Assembly (NCBI RefSeq): GCF_036321535.1
Contig: NC_087436.1
Location: 80,168,001 to 80,232,000, forward strand
Direction: 5' to 3'
Length of the DNA stretch: 64,000 nt
Source: Camelus dromedarius
Taxonomy: Eukaryota
Each line of letters begins with the position of its first letter. The first letter of the stretch is position 1. Under the pieces are notes generated by a model. The model was given only the letters and a program-made list of their open reading frames with translations, searched no databases and was not told where the DNA came from. The position numbers and the translations under genes are program-made. Below, piece after piece: positions 59,294 through 64,000 of the stretch.

Positions 59294-62200
59294 GCTCGGC
59301 CTCCGTGGGCCCAGCCCCAGCCGGGATCCCGAGCGCCTGAACAGCCCGCCCAGCCTACAGGGGTCGCGCCCGGGCCGCAGCGCCTACTTGGGGCTGCCAG
59401 GCGCGGCCTAAAACTCCTAAGGGTGGAAAAGAAAGGAGAGTGGACCGTGCTCGGCTCTGCCCTTGGTATCTGGTTTTAATTCCTCTGCGAAGCCGCGCTG
59501 TCAAGTGTGTGTGTTGGGGGGGGGGGGGTCGGTTTGCGAGAGGATCATTTCTGGGGAGAGCGTTATCAAAGGAAGATAGTACCGCGGGGCTCGGAACTAT
59601 CGGTGGGCCCCCATCTGGTCGGTCGCGAGCCCTGTCGTTTCAGTGGGAAGCTGTCCCACAGAAAGGAGCCCGACTGGCTGCGCACACGCGGCAATGGCAA
59701 GCGGAGCCCCCAGGCCCCCGCAGGACTGTGCCCAGCGGCTGGGCCTGCTACAGGCCCGGGGTTGGCTCCTGCCCCCGGCTCAAGCGAACTGGGGCCAGGT
59801 GTGGCTCGACCAACGTCCTGAATCCCAAACACACTTCGTTTGGCTGGGCTGTCAGTAAGGAATTTGCCAAAAGGCAGAACCGGGACCAGAGAGAGAAACC
59901 TGGTGCCTGCCACTGCCGAACTCTGTAGAATTTCCTGGGCCTTGTCACCTCTGAAAGTAGAGAACATGGTAGCGAGAGTCTGGTGATGTGCGGAGATGAG
60001 TACCCTGAGACCCGCTGTCCAGTGACTGGATTTTAGCTCATTGCATATCTTGGGAGGGTCTCAGAGGAGAGAGTACGAGAAGAGGGGGTCTATAAAGTAA
60101 GGGACAGCCTGACGACGGAAGGCTGCGGCCACAGGCGCCCTTTCCCGCTCTAGGGGGGTCTGAAGGGGTCCGGGACCTGCAGCACCTGTCCCTGAGGGTA
60201 AGCGCCCGAGCTTCCTGGGAGGATGGGATGTGCGATGCAGGTGTCCACAGAGGCGCCGCCCCCTGGGCTTAAAGCCGTCAGGAAGCAAACTAGAGAAGCA
60301 AACCCATCCAGTGAGCTCTACCTGCCTCAATCCTCGTGTCATGCACTCAGCAGGTACCACCGCTGGCCTTCCCCCACCAGACATTCTCGTGCACGCTTGC
60401 CCCTCTTTGTACCCCTGGGCTCAAGGACCCACAGGGTGCAAGTTAGAGAGACAAGAGAGGACGCAGCTCGAGCCTATATATAGGATTTCTCAGTGGAGAA
60501 TCCCTTTCAGAGCAAATAGAATGAGGCAAACTGTTTTTTAAATTGTCTTTCATTTAATCAGGATGAATTCCAATTTGCCTCCTTCAGAACTTTATGATTC
60601 AAAGGGAACCTCAGCCCCTGCAAACTTACCATTTTTTGTTTCCAGGCCCTTTTTGAACTAGAAGGACTTCTGAGACTTCCTGGCCTTCAAGCCCTGTCAT
60701 CACCTGTACAGAAAGTTCCAGGAGGCCTAGGCCAGGCACAACCTCCCAGGCTTTGGGGAGATTATTTCAGGCCCTGCCTGTAGGTGGGACACAAAAAACA
60801 TGCCAAACTTTTCCTTTAGGAAGGAACATTTGTCCCATTCCGGGAAACCTTCCCACACCAGATACAGCCCTTTTCCCCTGGGGAGGCTGTGTTCCCTCAT
60901 TCTCTGCTCTTATACAGTCCCTGTCCTTTAAAGAGAGCCTCACGGTGCCAATTCAGGTAAAAGGTATGATCCAGGAAACAGAGCCTTAAAAGGAAAGCGA
61001 CTTTTCTGCCCAGCGGAGTAGGACCAGGTCAAATAGACAGCCCCAACTTAGGCTGTGGAGCTGAGACTCACAGACCACACCCCCACTCCCCAGGTAAGGA
61101 TCTCCCCGATTTGGAGGGAGTGAAGGTACCACACAAAGGGCTTTTCAAGGCTTGCCCGTGCAGCTAGGAGACAGTGGGGTGGCTGTCATCAATATAGAAA
61201 AGGTACTGAAGAAAAGTTGTTGAATGATGAAGCCATTGTAAGTGGATAAATTCATATCCACTTGGGAAGATGGGTATAAGGAACTATGGGGGGTGGGAGA
61301 TAGTTCTAGTTTCATCGTTTTGTTTAAGAGACCTGAGGTCTGGACTTACTTATCCCTCATCTTCCTTAGATCCTAGATTCATGACCCTCTCTTCAGAAAA
61401 AAAAAAAAAATTTAAACCTTCCCCTTGGAAATAAAAGTGATCATTGGCTGTTGGCTTTCAATACAGAAGTTAACTGGGTCGGGGGCATGTGGAGGGAAGA
61501 CCAGGAGCTCCTAAATTCACTGTTCTAGAAGAAAGGAAAGGAAGTGGACTAAAGAAAACAGCTTAATTGTAACCTTGACCAACAGGTCAAGAGGAAGTTG
61601 ACTTCAAACCCACCACCACCTACCTGCAGCAAGATCTCCTGCACAGGCTGCTCACACCTCTCACAGCCTCTCCAGGGATCAGTTCACCACAGAGAGGTCT
61701 CTGAAGATGCCAAGTTCTCCACTATCCAGGCTCTTCAGGTACTGGGAATAGCATGACAGAGATGGAAGGGGACCAAGAGAAATGCTTCCAAGTCTTAGAC
61801 AGCCAGAATCCCCTAACAGCAGGAAACACCAGTTAAATCATATAGGAGTTTGTTGTATTAATTTATATCTTCGCAGATTTTTGTCCCAAAGAAAATATTG
61901 CTGGAAAACTAAGTTTGGTATTGCAGACTCTCTGATGGAATCAGTGAACGAGACATGCGTTTCAGCTGCAAAGAGTATTATAAATGGTCAATAAGTGCTC
62001 TGCTTATTTATTGTTTTATGCATAATTATAACCCATGTGCCTTGGAGAGTGACATACATTACTACAAACGATTATGCTGAAGATTTTATTTCAAAGCTAT
62101 TTTAAAGTAACTGTATAATACCTTTACTTGATCTTCCATTTTATCCCATAAAAATCTTTACATTGAATTCACCCATTTGCTACTTAAACTCTTCACATGT

Positions 62201-62375
62201 ATTTTTACAGCAGCTTGTCGGATGTTTACATAAATACTCAAAGCTAAATGAGATTCCCAATAGCTTGGAGATCAGTTCTCTGCCTCCAGGCAGGGAGATG
62301 GGAGAAGGTTACATTAAAGGTCTGTCATTTTCTTAAAGACCTTCAAGAAAGTGCAAAGTTCCCTGTGGCTTAATT

Positions 62376-62530
62376 GGTGTGTGTGTGTATATGTGTGTGC
62401 GTGCACACATGTGTACGTACATTCAAGAAATATTCCTTGAAAACCCCCCATGTGCCAGGCACTGTGCTGGGGATACAACAGTAAACAAGAAGCACCTGAG
62501 CCTGTGCCCTTGCAGTCTGACTAGTCTGTG
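62376..62530 (-). mobile_element. L2 3' end with adjacent (TG)n
   Basis: 'attcaagaaatattccttgaaaaccccccatgtgccaggcactgtgctggggatacaacagtaaacaag'. Confidence 0.75.
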
Positions 62531-62651
62531 TTTTAATTTTCCAAGAGATAGTGCAGTTGTGGCTCTGTCCAAACTGTCACCCACTCTGGCATTTCAAGTC
62601 TCTTTGAGGCACATTCTTCCCCTGGGTGAAATACCAGAACACTGTACTGTA

Positions 62652-62732
62652 AAGGAGAAGAAGGAGGAGGAGAGGGAAGAGGAAGGGGAAGAAGAGGAGA
62701 CAGGGAGGGAAGGAGGCAGGAAAGCAGGCAAG
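62652..62732. repeat. GA-rich (GAG/GGA) low-complexity tract
   Basis: Directly visible; produces the spurious poly-Glu in ORF 62379-62762. Confidence 0.85.
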
Positions 62733-63654
62733 CCTACTGGACACCATGATCCTTCTCGGTAGAGCATGGATCCCTGGCTGACACAGTCACCTTAAGTGTG
62801 CCAAAAGCAAAGTCCCTTGAAATCATCCACTTCTGCCTTACTCTCTGTATCAAGGGGGTTGATGACAGTGTGCTGATTTCGTACTTGCCTTTGCAGTCCC
62901 TTTCCTCTTTGTAATTACCTTTATCAGAATACCTAGGCTGGCACCAGGCTGGCTTCTTAGCCAAAGGCATAAAGCCCTAGTCTTCAACTGTACTTGCAGT
63001 TCTTACTGTTAGCCTGGTGCACTGACTTCTCTGCTTCTGCTGTGTTGGAAGGGATGTACTAGAGTACAGTCGGGCAGAGAAGAGGAACTCTCTGCCCATC
63101 GACTTCAATTGGCAAGTAACGCCCAAGCTTACTCTGGAAGGAGCAAGGTCTTACAGGAACTTTTCTCTTAATCAAGAATCAGCTCTACTGACTTTGGGGG
63201 ACCTTCCTTTATTTTTCTAGGGATGTGCTGCCTTCCTTCCTCCCTTCATCCCAGGTAACCAATAGCAGCTTCAGTGCCTATCACTTATTCCTTCTGTCTC
63301 CTGCCTTCTGGCCCCCTTGACTGTCTCGGGAAGAGAGTTGTGTCCCCCGTTCTCAAAAGAAAGATAAAGGGGGAATTCCAAACCCTCGGTCCTAACTCAA
63401 AACTCAGGGTCCCTTCTCTCCTTTGTACCTTTTTTTCTTTCCCTGAGCTTTCTCCCCCTAAAGAAAATCTTTCTCAGCATCCAATCAGCCAGAGTAAAGA
63501 TGAAAGTGTGTTTGTGGCCATGTTAGTGAGATAAATAGTACTTGATTGTGAAACCAGATCCAGGTTCTTTCCATGTCTGAGGTTCCTTCACTTGAAACGA
63601 TAGTATGACCCAGTTAGCCAGCCTATACAACCATATTATAGGATGCAATCATCC

Positions 63655-63880
63655 CTTCTCACATTTATTTATGTGCCACTTTATATTTATAAAGCCCTTT
63701 TGCTTTTGAGTTTCACAACTTTGTGAGGCAGTAATTATCATTAAGATAATTTTATAGGTGAGGAAACAGAACCTTACCAAAGTTAAGTGACTTTTCTGGG
63801 GTCAGGTTACCAGCAAGAAATGGAAACCACCACTAGGGCTCACAGATTTTGACCCTGATGCAGTTACGCAGTGCTTCTTT
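63655..63880 (-). mobile_element. MIR SINE
   Basis: 'tttcacaactttgtgaggcag...tttataggtgaggaaacaga...gttaagtgacttttctggggtca'. Confidence 0.75.
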
Positions 63881-64000
63881 CACAACATGTGAGGTCATTC
63901 TGGTGGCATTTTCAAATGAGTTTTAAGTAATCATAAAAGGTGCCTTCCTCCAGAGGCTTTACCTTAAAAACACTAGTCTGTGTCCAAAGTACAGAGATAG

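Larger units (their letters stand above)
58150..60480. promoter_or_regulatory. CpG island with no recognisable coding gene
   Basis: Abrupt rise in GC and CpG (cores about 58200-58790, 58960-59820 and 60100-60480) against AT-rich, CpG-poor flanks. Confidence 0.9.

Noticed and set aside
58164..60541. Many overlapping 60-160 aa ORFs in the CpG island
   Set aside because: They are Arg/Pro/Gly/Ala-rich on both strands, as expected from stop-codon scarcity in GC-rich DNA, and show no recognisable domain or exon structure.
1..64000. CRISPR array, prokaryotic defence system, or a named host gene/locus
   Set aside because: The sequence is mammalian and repeat-rich, with no regularly spaced repeats or operon-like ORFs. 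I cannot identify the neighbouring gene from this sequence, so no symbol is given.

Overview
Mammalian genomic DNA, most likely camelid (camel/alpaca/llama), judged from two tRNA-Ala-derived Vic-1-like SINEs. I find no credible protein-coding gene, RNA gene or CRISPR array. The ORFs in the track are chance ORFs, low-complexity sequence, or decayed LINE-1 ORF1/ORF2 fragments. The window looks like gene desert or a large intron. It is rich in L1, L2, MIR, hAT MITEs and solo LTRs, many nested and several with readable target-site duplications (TSDs). Between the repeats lie transposon-poor blocks dense in homeodomain, PBX-HOX, MEIS and octamer motifs that resemble conserved developmental enhancers (about 4.8-5.4, 12.2-12.7, 14.6-15.1, 55.2-56.5 and 57.2-57.6 kb). 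There is also an apparently gene-less CpG island (about 58.2-60.5 kb) with a near-consensus CTCF site. This architecture suggests a regulatory block for a developmental gene outside the window, which I cannot name. I see no evidence for a novel protein-based system. Repeat family names come from recalled consensus sequences, and most boundaries are approximate unless a TSD is quoted.
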